The position numbers and the translations under genes were made by a program. Shown piece after piece: positions 8,676 through 17,438 of a stretch of DNA of 64,000 nucleotides (position 1 is its first letter; the number at the start of each line of letters is the position of its first letter). The notes beneath the pieces were generated by a model, which saw only the letters and a list, made by a program, of their open reading frames with translations, did no database searches and was not told where the DNA came from. Origin of the DNA: Desulfatiglandales bacterium (GTDB lineage Bacteria; Desulfobacterota; DSM-4660; Desulfatiglandales; Desulfatiglandaceae); contig OY759599.1 of NCBI GenBank assembly GCA_963662465.1, positions 3,872,001 through 3,936,000 of the forward strand. The letters run 5' to 3'.

Positions 8676-10487
8676 CTAATCCTTGGATTTTGAAGGATTG
8701 AAACGATTGAATGCTGAAGAAATGGTTCTTTTTTCTTCCCTGGATAGAAACAGCTTCCAAACCAGCAGAAAAGTGAGCGTCAGATGGAAACACCCCAGAA
8801 TTAGCACTTGGGCGGCGGAAGTCCAACGACCTGTTGTGGGCACCGCAAAGGTCAGAACATACACCGCCGCGGCTGATAGGGCCGGCGCCAGACCGGGTCC
8901 GAGAGCTGTCCCCAGGGTTTCATGCCAGGATATATGAAATGCATGGTGGGTTCGCCAGAAAAAATAAACGCTGCCCAGGGTCGAACTGAAAAGGATGCCG
9001 AGTGCCGTCCCGGTAATGCCGAAAAGGAAGGTGCCGGCGGGTATCCAAACCAAGGCCAGCACAAACTGTATAATGAGGTATTCCAGTTCGCGTCCGGCCC
9101 GATTGATGCCGCGAACCATGAGTCCGGCCGGTCCCGTGCCTTGATGGATCATGTTGGCAAGGCTGATCAGAACCAGAACGGATACGGCAGGCAAATATTC
9201 ATTACCCACCCAGGCGGTAATCAGGGGCCTGGCCGCGGCCATTAGAAAGGAAAAGATGGTCACATTGATCAGGTTGATATGCCGAAGACCTTTTAAATAA
9301 AGGCCCCTGAGACTTTCTCCCAGAAGGCGGTCCTCGGAAAGGAGCCTTCCATGGAACTTCTTGAGCTGCAATAGGAGCAACATGACGATCAGAATAGCTG
9401 CAATGGCGACAAAGTGATATGGAATTTGAATGCCCGGTACAATTTTTTCCCCGATTTCCTGGATCCAAAAGAGCCCGGGAAGGAGTGCCACGATTGCGGA
9501 AGCGAGGCCAAGGCCGAGATATTTTTTGGCTCTTTCGGATAATGGAATGCTGTCCCCTCTCTCCCATCTGCCGCCCATGTGCGAAGCGGCAGGGAGTAGC
9601 GGACCAAAGGCGGCGCGGGAAATGTTTCTACCGGTAAACGGAAATTTTCGCCCCACCTCGAAAAGACCCGTTGCTTTGAGACCGAGCAGGGCGGTGATCA
9701 CCATGCGATCCAGGGATGCCAGGAAAATGGCAAGGGCGCCAAGGACCTGAACTTTGCTGCCGAACACAAAAAGGTCTTTGAATGCCTGTTTGGAAATCAG
9801 TCTCGGATGAAGCTTCAGGCTTGGCAGTTTTTTGAAGGCCAGCCATGTACAGGCGATCATTTCCGCCAGGGTCTTAATGATGTATGCATAGAGCAGCCCC
9901 TCAATGCCAAATCCGAGGGGAAGGAATAGAACGACCATGGCCACTTCAAACAAGGACGCCGATACGTTGATCCCTTTGGACAGTGCGATTTCCTGAAGAC
10001 CTTCAAGGGTAGCCCGGAAACCACCCAGGGTAAAATCAAGACAGAAGGCCAGGGCCGTTCCCAGAATCATGAATGATGCAATGGGCATGAGCTCCGACGA
10101 CACATGGAAGAAGCGAAGGATATAGGGAAGCGCCAGATATAGGACAGCGTAAAATACCACGCAAAAAACGGTCATACACAATATGCCGGTGGAAAGGAGA
10201 CTTCCGATGGCCGAATGGTCCTGTTTGGCATGGTATTCGGCCGTAAATTTTATGTAGGCGCCATTTACGCCGACGGCCCCCAGTCCAGCATAGGAAAGGA
10301 TGACGAAACACATGGACCACAAACCGAATTGGGCCAGGTTTACATAGTGAAGGATGAAAGGGGTCAGCGCCAGACGGCTCAAAAAATAGATCCCCACGGC
10401 GCCCATGCCGGCAATGGAATTTTTGGCGACTTTCCGGCCGATGCGCCGATTATTGTCCTGTTCGAGGACTGTTGATTCGGATGCCAT
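8676..10487 (-). CDS. Wzx-type polysaccharide flippase
   Basis: LTPFILHYVNLAQFGLW, FKDLFVFGSKVQ, LDRMVITALLG; more than 12 TM helices. Confidence 0.8.
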   Translation of the reverse strand: MASESTVLEQDNNRRIGRKVAKNSIAGMGAVGIYFLSRLALTPFILHYVNLAQFGLWSMCFVILSYAGLGAVGVNGAYIKFTAEYHAKQDHSAIGSLLSTGILCMTVFCVVFYAVLYLALPYILRFFHVSSELMPIASFMILGTALAFCLDFTLGGFRATLEGLQEIALSKGINVSASLFEVAMVVLFLPLGFGIEGLLYAYIIKTLAEMIACTWLAFKKLPSLKLHPRLISKQAFKDLFVFGSKVQVLGALAIFLASLDRMVITALLGLKATGLFEVGRKFPFTGRNISRAAFGPLLPAASHMGGRWERGDSIPLSERAKKYLGLGLASAIVALLPGLFWIQEIGEKIVPGIQIPYHFVAIAAILIVMLLLLQLKKFHGRLLSEDRLLGESLRGLYLKGLRHINLINVTIFSFLMAAARPLITAWVGNEYLPAVSVLVLISLANMIHQGTGPAGLMVRGINRAGRELEYLIIQFVLALVWIPAGTFLFGITGTALGILFSSTLGSVYFFWRTHHAFHISWHETLGTALGPGLAPALSAAAVYVLTFAVPTTGRWTSAAQVLILGCFHLTLTFLLVWKLFLSREEKRTISSAFNRFNPSKSKD

Positions 10488-10722
10488 TGTCAGTTTCAAG
10501 CCTCTCATCTCTTTTCCCGGATAATAGCCGGAAATGAAGGACTTCGTCAAGGTCTTGCACCTTTTTCAACATCATTTTGGCGGTTTTAGGGAGCACTCGC
10601 AACAATTTGATCTTTACTTGTGTTGAATGGAAATGTATCATAAACCCAATTTATTCCCATATATGAATCATATCAAGGCATTTTTGGGGTTTAAATCCAT
10701 TGCAAAGGAAAGGTTATCTGAA

Positions 10723-11622
10723 ATGAAAGGAATTATATTGGCCGGCGGGTCCGGGACACGCCTTTACCCCATCACCCGCGTGGTCAGCAAGCAGTTGATG
10801 CCGGTTTATGACAAGCCCATGATTTATTATCCACTCTCGGTCTTGATGCTGGCCGGCATTCGAGAAATCCTGATTATTTCGACCCCTGAAGACCTGCCCC
10901 GTTTCAGGGAACTTCTGGGAGATGGCGCAAATATCGGCATCTCCCTTTCCTATCGTGAGCAACCCAAACCCGAAGGGCTGGCTCAGGCGTTTGTCATTGG
11001 AAAAGAATTTATTGGCGAAGAAAATGTCGCCCTGGTGCTGGGGGACAATATCTTTTATGGTCACACCCTGTCCTTCATCCTTCAGAGAGCTGCCGCCCTT
11101 GAAAGCGGAGGGGTTATTTTCGGTTATCTGGTGCGGGACCCACAGCGGTATGGGGTGGTGGATTTTGACGAAACCGGAAGGGTCACCAGCATTGAGGAAA
11201 AACCGCAAAATCCCAAATCAAGGTATGCGGTTCCCGGGCTTTATTTTTATGACAACCAGGTGGTTGAAATCGCGGAAAATCTGAAGCCATCCCCCAGGGG
11301 AGAGCTTGAAATTACGGATATCAATCTGGAATATTTAAGACGGGGGGCGCTTCGCGTGGAACTTTTGGGGCGTGGTTTTGCCTGGCTTGATACGGGAACC
11401 CATGAATCGTTGCAGCAGGCGGGGGATTTTGTCAAATCCATCCAGGACCGGCAGGGCTTGAAAATCGGCTGTATCGAAGAAATTGCCTTTCGCCTCGGCT
11501 ATATTGACGCCGATCAGATCAGGGGGCTCGCAAAAGACATGCTCAAAAATGATTACGGCCGATATCTGATGGAAATTCTTGAAAACGAGGACAACCGGAA
11601 AAATGACCCTGAAATTTACTGA
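10723..11622 (+). CDS. rfbA: Glucose-1-phosphate thymidylyltransferase
   Basis: [46 protein letters not shown]. Confidence 0.97.
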   Translation: MKGIILAGGSGTRLYPITRVVSKQLMPVYDKPMIYYPLSVLMLAGIREILIISTPEDLPRFRELLGDGANIGISLSYREQPKPEGLAQAFVIGKEFIGEENVALVLGDNIFYGHTLSFILQRAAALESGGVIFGYLVRDPQRYGVVDFDETGRVTSIEEKPQNPKSRYAVPGLYFYDNQVVEIAENLKPSPRGELEITDINLEYLRRGALRVELLGRGFAWLDTGTHESLQQAGDFVKSIQDRQGLKIGCIEEIAFRLGYIDADQIRGLAKDMLKNDYGRYLMEILENEDNRKNDPEIY

Positions 11623-12175
11623 AAAGTCACTGCCCGACGTTTTGTTAATCGAACCCAAGGTGTTTCAGGATGATCGAGGGTTTTTCATGGAAACCTTCCA
11701 TGCTGAAAAATATGTTGAGATCGGCATTTCCCGCCCCTTTGTTCAGGATAACCATTCCCATTCCCGGCGCGGCACCCTTCGCGGGCTTCACTACCAGCTC
11801 AAACATCCTCAGGGAAAACTGGTCTATGTGGTGAAGGGCGAAATTCTGGATGTTGCGGTGGACATTCGGAAAGGTTCCCCCGGTTTCGGGCGATGGACCG
11901 GCAATCTTCTTTCGGAAAAAAATAAATATCAGCTTTATATCCCTGAAGGGTTTGCGCACGGTTTCTGTGTTTTGAGTGAAACAGCCGATGTGCTCTATAA
12001 ATGCACGGATCTTTATGCGCCGGGCGATGAGTATGGGGTGTTTTGGGCGGATGATGCCATTGATATTGTCTGGCCCATGGAAAATCCGATCCTTTCGGAG
12101 AAGGATTTGAAAAACCCCATGCTTGCGGATATCGAGGAAGCGCATTTGCCCCTTTATAAAAATGGGAAGGAATAA
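11603..12175 (+). CDS. rfbC: dTDP-4-dehydrorhamnose 3,5-epimerase
   Basis: [34 protein letters not shown]. Confidence 0.97.
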   Translation: MTLKFTEKSLPDVLLIEPKVFQDDRGFFMETFHAEKYVEIGISRPFVQDNHSHSRRGTLRGLHYQLKHPQGKLVYVVKGEILDVAVDIRKGSPGFGRWTGNLLSEKNKYQLYIPEGFAHGFCVLSETADVLYKCTDLYAPGDEYGVFWADDAIDIVWPMENPILSEKDLKNPMLADIEEAHLPLYKNGKE

Positions 12176-12178
12176 CCC

Positions 12179-13720
12179 ATGAGCGATGAGACCATTGTAA
12201 TTTTAGGAATCCCCGTGGATAATCTGACCATGGATATGGCGGTAAATCGCATCTTTAGCATGGTGGACGATTATGCCGAAGACGAGCGCGCCCGCCTGGT
12301 GGCCACGGTCAATGTGGATTTTCTAGTCAACACCCATGCCTGGTTGAGAAAACATGTTCGCCATCCGGAACTCCTGGATATTCTGAGGCGCGCGGATCTG
12401 GTGACTGCCGATGGAATGCCCATTGTCTGGGCCAGTAAACTTTTGGGAACACCGCTCAAAGAACGGGTCACCGGCGCCGATCTGGTGCCCAGGCTTGCGG
12501 AAGAGGCGTCAAAACGCAGGAAATCCATCTTCTTCCTGGGAGGGCGGGGAGACGTTGGGCAAAGGGCCGCAGATTTGCTCAAAGAGCGGTATCCGAGCTT
12601 TGAGGTTGCCGGCGTTTATTCCCCCTTCGTGCATGTGGAAGGGGAAGCGATCCTGGAAACGGAAGAAGTTGATCGGGAAATCGTGGAACGGATCAACCAG
12701 TCCGGGGCCGATATCCTGCTGCTGGCATTCGGCAATCCCAAACAGGAGATCTGGTTTGAGCGAAACCGGCGACAGTTGAAAGTCCCTGTTTCCATCGGTA
12801 TCGGCGGCACCTATGAGTTTATTGTGGGATCGGTGGCGCGAGCCCCGGAATGGATGCAGAAAAGCGGCACCGAGTGGATTTTCAGAATCACCCAGGATCC
12901 AAAACGGTTGATCAAACGGTATCTGGTGGGATTTTTAAAATTTGGGTTTATGATTGGGCCGGCGCTTCTTTACTATCGATACCGGAACCTTCGATACAAG
13001 CGGTCGAACCTTGCACCGTCCGCTCCGGAAAGTGAACCGTCAACCATTGCCGACGACATGAAAATCATCCATTTCCCATCGCGTGTGGATGCTCTTTTTG
13101 TTAAGGAGAGTGGTGAAAAAGTTGCTGATGCCATTGGTAAAGCGGCTTATCTGGTTCTCAATTTCAAACAAACCGACTTTATTGACTCATCGGGGCTCGG
13201 ACTCATTGTCAAACTCTGGAAACGCGGTGCTGAAACGGAAACGGGAATTTATTTTACAGGGATTCATGCGACTGTTGTGCAATTTTTCAAGCTGACGCGA
13301 TTGTGGGATCTTTTTTCGGAAAAATCCTATGATAATTTGGATCAATTGCTGAAACACCTCCATCAGGACAAGCTGTTGCCGCCATTTTTTATGATGGTGA
13401 CCGATGAGACGCCCGATGTGGTTGTCCTCCGGCTTTCCGGAAGGCTTGATGGGGTTCTGATGGCCAAAATTCGAATGGATGTGGTGATTAAGAATGTGGG
13501 TGAACGACACTGCATTTTCGATCTATCCGACATGGCGTTTGTGGATAATTCAGGCATTTTCTTCTTTTTAACAATCCGGAAGGCCCTTGCACAAAAGGGT
13601 AAAACATGCGCTCTCTGCAATGTGAGCGGCAACGTGCTTCAGATTTTCCGCATCTCAAAGCTGATTCATCTGTTCACCCTGGCAACCGATGTGGATAAAG
13701 CAAAGAAAAAGCTTAATTGA
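12179..13720 (+). CDS. WecB/TagA/CpsF (GT26) glycosyltransferase fused to two STAS domains
   Basis: TVNVD, ADGMPIVW, ERVTGADL, GNPKQEIW, RAPEWMQ..G.EW..R..QDPKRL; STAS motifs FIDSSGLG and FVDNSGI. Confidence 0.85.
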   Translation: MSDETIVILGIPVDNLTMDMAVNRIFSMVDDYAEDERARLVATVNVDFLVNTHAWLRKHVRHPELLDILRRADLVTADGMPIVWASKLLGTPLKERVTGADLVPRLAEEASKRRKSIFFLGGRGDVGQRAADLLKERYPSFEVAGVYSPFVHVEGEAILETEEVDREIVERINQSGADILLLAFGNPKQEIWFERNRRQLKVPVSIGIGGTYEFIVGSVARAPEWMQKSGTEWIFRITQDPKRLIKRYLVGFLKFGFMIGPALLYYRYRNLRYKRSNLAPSAPESEPSTIADDMKIIHFPSRVDALFVKESGEKVADAIGKAAYLVLNFKQTDFIDSSGLGLIVKLWKRGAETETGIYFTGIHATVVQFFKLTRLWDLFSEKSYDNLDQLLKHLHQDKLLPPFFMMVTDETPDVVVLRLSGRLDGVLMAKIRMDVVIKNVGERHCIFDLSDMAFVDNSGIFFFLTIRKALAQKGKTCALCNVSGNVLQIFRISKLIHLFTLATDVDKAKKKLN

Positions 13721-13737
13721 TCACAAGCTGCCGACCC

Positions 13738-15264
13738 TTATCTCTTTCTGGAAAAAACGCCACGGATATAGGACGCAAACAGCTTGAAATCGTGCCCCAG
13801 TCCTCCGATGGAGGAATAGAATACCTCCGCCGTGTAAAGCTCATCTTCCGTGGGTATTTCACCGTAGTTGACGTAGGCCTCGGTGATAATGCCCGGTTTG
13901 GATTTCAAATACAGATCCTTCCAGTCAGGGCTCAATGCCTCGATCTCTTCTTTGGACCTGGGATGAACGCCTACGAAGTGCAGGTTTCCCTTTGCGATGC
14001 AAACCAGGGCCGGTAGAAATTGAAAGATAAGGTGATGAAGCTTTTCGTTTTTTGAGGGCTCCCTTCTTTGGAGTGAACTCCGGCTATGGGGTAGAAAGCT
14101 TAGGAAGTTGAATGTCCGCCAAAAAGCGTCATCGGCTTGCGTCGGCAGCCTAACCACCTTTTTCTTGAAAATTGCAGGACCACGCCGAAAAAGCTTCAAT
14201 ACCAACGGGACCCCCAGCAAAAGTGGCCAAACAAGAAGCAATAACGCGCAGGCCGCGATTTGAGAAATTACCGTTCTTAAGCGACGCCCCAGTGTTGAAG
14301 CGGATACGCCGCCTAAAATAAAATTCTCGGGGATCGAAACCGCCGTGCCGAATCGGGTATTGATCAGGCGGTTTTTGTCTACGATCACATCCTTTAATTC
14401 AAGGCCATCACCCACGTAGGTGTTCGAAAAAATGACGGCGTTTTCAACAATGGAGCCCGAATCAAGGACGCATTCCTTGCCGATAACGCAATTGGGTCCT
14501 AACTGAACACCGCTGCCGATCCGGCAATCTTCATCAATGTAAACCGGTGATTCAATCTTTGTTGTGGGATGGAGACTCACATTTCGGGAAATCCAAATAC
14601 CGTCTTCCGCTTCGGCGCCTTTCAGGAAAAGGCCGGTGAATTCTTTTTTAAGGAGGACGCGATGGCTCATAAGTATGGCTTCATAGGTTTGAAAACTGAG
14701 CTGTTGGGCGACGGTTACCCAGGATGCCGTTTCCTTGGCCTGGGACAGAAAATGCGTTTTAAGATGCCCTTCATCCGTATTTTCCGGAATATTTTTGATG
14801 TAGGTTTCGGGGATCAATGCCCAGCCTGTCCAGTCCCATTCATTTGGGCTTTCGGATTCGGACGGGTTGGCCCAGAATGTGGGCATGCCCTCCCCTGATT
14901 GAAAATTTTCAACCGCTTTTTTAAGATTAATTTGGGGCAGACGATCCGCGTGGGCCAGCAGAAGGATTTCGTCGGGGTTGTCAAATTTCAAGGTCTTGAG
15001 CGGTTCGTAGGGTGATAGAGGGTCTTGCGCCAGATGGTATCTGAACGTGGTTCCCCAACGGCTGCCGTCTCCCAGCAACGCTTCGATTTTTTCAGGCAAA
15101 TGGCTGAGAATAAATTCAAAGCGGGTAACGCCCTGCCCGATGAGAAATTCGACAGCATGCTGAATAAATGGGCGATCTACCAGGGGCAGAAGGGGTGTCG
15201 GATAATGTTTGTTCAGGGCTTCAAGCCCAGGGTTGAGGCCCGGGGCTATAACGAGGGCAATCAT
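13738..15264 (-). CDS. NDP-sugar-synthase-like protein: degenerate nucleotidyltransferase, left-handed beta-helix and degenerate sugar-transferase domain
   Basis: IAPGLNPGL...PTPLLPLVDRPFI..LGDGSRWG; hexapeptide repeats (PVYIDEDCRIGSGVQLGPNCVIG); C-terminal LPALVCIAKGNLHFVGVHPR...KPGII. Confidence 0.7.
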   Translation of the reverse strand: MIALVIAPGLNPGLEALNKHYPTPLLPLVDRPFIQHAVEFLIGQGVTRFEFILSHLPEKIEALLGDGSRWGTTFRYHLAQDPLSPYEPLKTLKFDNPDEILLLAHADRLPQINLKKAVENFQSGEGMPTFWANPSESESPNEWDWTGWALIPETYIKNIPENTDEGHLKTHFLSQAKETASWVTVAQQLSFQTYEAILMSHRVLLKKEFTGLFLKGAEAEDGIWISRNVSLHPTTKIESPVYIDEDCRIGSGVQLGPNCVIGKECVLDSGSIVENAVIFSNTYVGDGLELKDVIVDKNRLINTRFGTAVSIPENFILGGVSASTLGRRLRTVISQIAACALLLLVWPLLLGVPLVLKLFRRGPAIFKKKVVRLPTQADDAFWRTFNFLSFLPHSRSSLQRREPSKNEKLHHLIFQFLPALVCIAKGNLHFVGVHPRSKEEIEALSPDWKDLYLKSKPGIITEAYVNYGEIPTEDELYTAEVFYSSIGGLGHDFKLFASYIRGVFSRKR

Positions 15265-15323
15265 AAGCCTATCCTTTCAGGGGTTTGACGCTTAGAATTT
15301 ATTTCCGAGTGTTGATTCCGTTC

Positions 15324-16088
15324 TCAATAGGCGCCTTTTCCCAACAAAACAGCCGGAATCGTGCTGAGAAGGAGCTTAATATCGAACCAGAGACTTCGGC
15401 TTTCGATATACTGCACATCAAGTTCTACCTGCTCATTAAAAGGGATGTCGCCCCGGCCGCTGACTTGCCAGATGCAGGTCAACCCAGGGATCACATCCAG
15501 CCTGCGTCGATCGGCCAGGGTATATTCCGCCACTTCCCTGGGAACCGGCGGTCGGGGGCCCACCAGGGACATATCCCCCTTGAAAACACACCAGAGTTGT
15601 GGCAGTTCATCAATACTCAATTTTCGAATGATCCGTCCGATCCAGGTAATCCTCGGGTCTTTTTTCATTTTGAAGGTAACGCTGTCTTCATGATCGCTTT
15701 GTTCCAACAGCTCGTCTTTGAGCGCTTCGGCATTTACAACCATGGACCTGAATTTGGGAAATGGAAACTCCCTCCCCCAAAGCCCGATCCGCGTTTGCCA
15801 GAACAATACGGGGCCTCCGTCCGTGAGTTTGATGCACAGGGCGACCACGAGAAAGATCGGCCAGAGGCAGAGCATCAAAAATCCGGAGGCAACCACATCG
15901 ATAATCCGTTTAAGAAGTTTTGCGCCGCCAACCACAATCATCCAGGCGTATTTTTTTCGCCAGAATCGGATTTGACGAATAAGTCCTGCGGGGCCCCCGG
16001 CGGCGCCGCCATATTTCCGGTAAAGTTCCTCCATCAGAGCAATACGTTGCCGACCCTCTGTTAAATACGATTTTTTTTCAGATTCCAT
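15324..16088 (-). CDS. Priming sugar transferase (phosphoglycosyl transferase, Bac_transf)
   Basis: KRIIDV, KFRSMV, DPRITWIG, SIDELPQL, GDMSLVGPRP, PGLTCIWQVSGR. Confidence 0.92.
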   Translation of the reverse strand: MESEKKSYLTEGRQRIALMEELYRKYGGAAGGPAGLIRQIRFWRKKYAWMIVVGGAKLLKRIIDVVASGFLMLCLWPIFLVVALCIKLTDGGPVLFWQTRIGLWGREFPFPKFRSMVVNAEALKDELLEQSDHEDSVTFKMKKDPRITWIGRIIRKLSIDELPQLWCVFKGDMSLVGPRPPVPREVAEYTLADRRRLDVIPGLTCIWQVSGRGDIPFNEQVELDVQYIESRSLWFDIKLLLSTIPAVLLGKGAY

Positions 16089-16163
16089 CGGTTTCCCCAT
16101 GTTGATGATGGTCATTCAAAAACGGTCCCATAATCTTTTTGTTACCTTCTGTTTTTGTAATCG

Positions 16164-16191
16164 CTAACCGGCAACTGTAAACCGTAAACGA
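16164..16191. repeat. Degenerate 7-bp tandem repeat (CTAACCG GCAACTG TAAACCG TAAACGA)
   Basis: Four units with 7-bp period in an intergenic region. Confidence 0.55.
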
Positions 16192-16223
16192 TTGCCTTTT
16201 TATTAACACCTTTTTTTGATCCT

Positions 16224-16239
16224 TGCAATCATATTGCCT
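16224..16239 (-). promoter_or_regulatory. Putative sigma-54 (-24/-12) promoter of the sugar transferase operon
   Basis: Minus strand AGGCAATATGATTGCA is GG-N10-GC with TTGC. Confidence 0.5.
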
Positions 16240-16248
16240 CCGGTTCTC

Positions 16249-16274
16249 TAGAGACAAGGGATGCCGTGTCTCTA
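16249..16274. repeat. Single REP-like palindrome (GTAG type)
   Basis: TAGAGACA-AGGGATGCCG-TGTCTCTA(C). Confidence 0.55.
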
Positions 16275-16372
16275 CAGTTGCGATCGGAATTCCTGAAAAA
16301 GAACGGTTGCCCTTCGATGAACATTTTGGGTATCATAAAAAAATAATCACCTAAAAATTTGTTGGAGAAAAA

Positions 16373-17047
16373 ATGGAAAACCAAACCATTGTTATTTCTT
16401 TGGGAGGATCGATTATCGTTCCCAACCGGATTGATGTACCCTTTCTTAAAAAATTCAAGCAGATCATTATGGGATTCCAAGCAGATCGATTTGTGATCAT
16501 TTGCGGCGGCGGCAAGATTGCCAGAGATTACCAGGAAGCCGCCAAAGCGACTGCCGTTATTTCAACGGAAGATCTCGACTGGATCGGCATAGCCGCCACG
16601 CGCCTCAACGCCGAGCTGGTTCGGTCGAGTTTTGCCGATGAGGCCCATGAGAAAGTCATCCATGATCCTGATGAAAAAATTGATAACTCAAAACGCATCG
16701 TTATCGGCGCCGGTTTCAAACCTGGGAGTTCGACGGATTTACGCGCCGTGCAACTGGCAAAACGGTTTAACGCCGTCCGTGTGATCAACATGAGCAATAT
16801 CGATTATGTATACAGTGCAGATCCAAAAAAGGACTCTCAGGCAGAAAGAATGGAAAGCATTTCGTGGCCGGCATTCAGGAAGCTGGTGGGCAATGAATGG
16901 GATCCGGGATTGAGCATGCCTTTCGACCCTATCGCTTCCCGGGAGGCCGCCGCGCTGGGACTTGAAGTGGTGATTATTGGGAATGATATGGAGAACTTTG
17001 AGCGGCTCTTAAAAGGCGAAAAATTCCGGGGAACAATTATTTCCTGA
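16373..17047 (+). CDS. pyrH: UMP kinase, archaeal/spirochaete type
   Basis: VISLGGSII, GGGKIARDYQ, DWIGIAATRLNA, PGSSTD, PFDPIAS; lacks the bacterial KLSGE and GNPFFTTD motifs. Confidence 0.8.
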   Translation: MENQTIVISLGGSIIVPNRIDVPFLKKFKQIIMGFQADRFVIICGGGKIARDYQEAAKATAVISTEDLDWIGIAATRLNAELVRSSFADEAHEKVIHDPDEKIDNSKRIVIGAGFKPGSSTDLRAVQLAKRFNAVRVINMSNIDYVYSADPKKDSQAERMESISWPAFRKLVGNEWDPGLSMPFDPIASREAAALGLEVVIIGNDMENFERLLKGEKFRGTIIS

Positions 17048-17051
17048 AATG

Positions 17052-17103
17052 TTCACGGTTGTCGGTTCACGGTTTATGTTACCGTTAACCGATAACCGTT
17101 GAC
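17052..17103. repeat. Inverted pair of 7-bp tandem arrays between convergent genes (possible bidirectional hairpin)
   Basis: TTCACGG TTGTCGG TTCACGG TT ... ACCGTTA ACCGATA ACCGTTG. Confidence 0.7.
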
Positions 17104-17111
17104 ACTTGCCT

Positions 17112-17429
17112 TTATCCCTGTACCAGTTTTCCCAGGGTTTCCAGCTTTTCCCTGATTTCTTTCACCCAGGGCTCAATCAATTCCAGATGGTTATTCCGAA
17201 TCTCCCCTTCGATGGTTTTAGCCAATTCATAAATGTCCATCAAACCAAGATTTCCGGAAGCGCCTTTTATCGAGTGCGCCGCTTTGGCGGCTTTTTCCGC
17301 ATCTCCAGCTCCAACAGCCGATTCCAACTTGCTTAAATCGGCCATCCCTGTTTCCACGAGGAGGTCCACCAACTCCAGATATTCGTCTTCTTCCAGACCT
17401 AGATTATCCGCTAACGCTTTAATATCCAT
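17112..17429 (-). CDS. Hpt (histidine phosphotransfer) protein
   Basis: AAHSIKGASGNLG; AAGGAG RBS. Confidence 0.9.
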   Translation of the reverse strand: MDIKALADNLGLEEDEYLELVDLLVETGMADLSKLESAVGAGDAEKAAKAAHSIKGASGNLGLMDIYELAKTIEGEIRNNHLELIEPWVKEIREKLETLGKLVQG

Positions 17430-17438
17430 CACTTCTCC

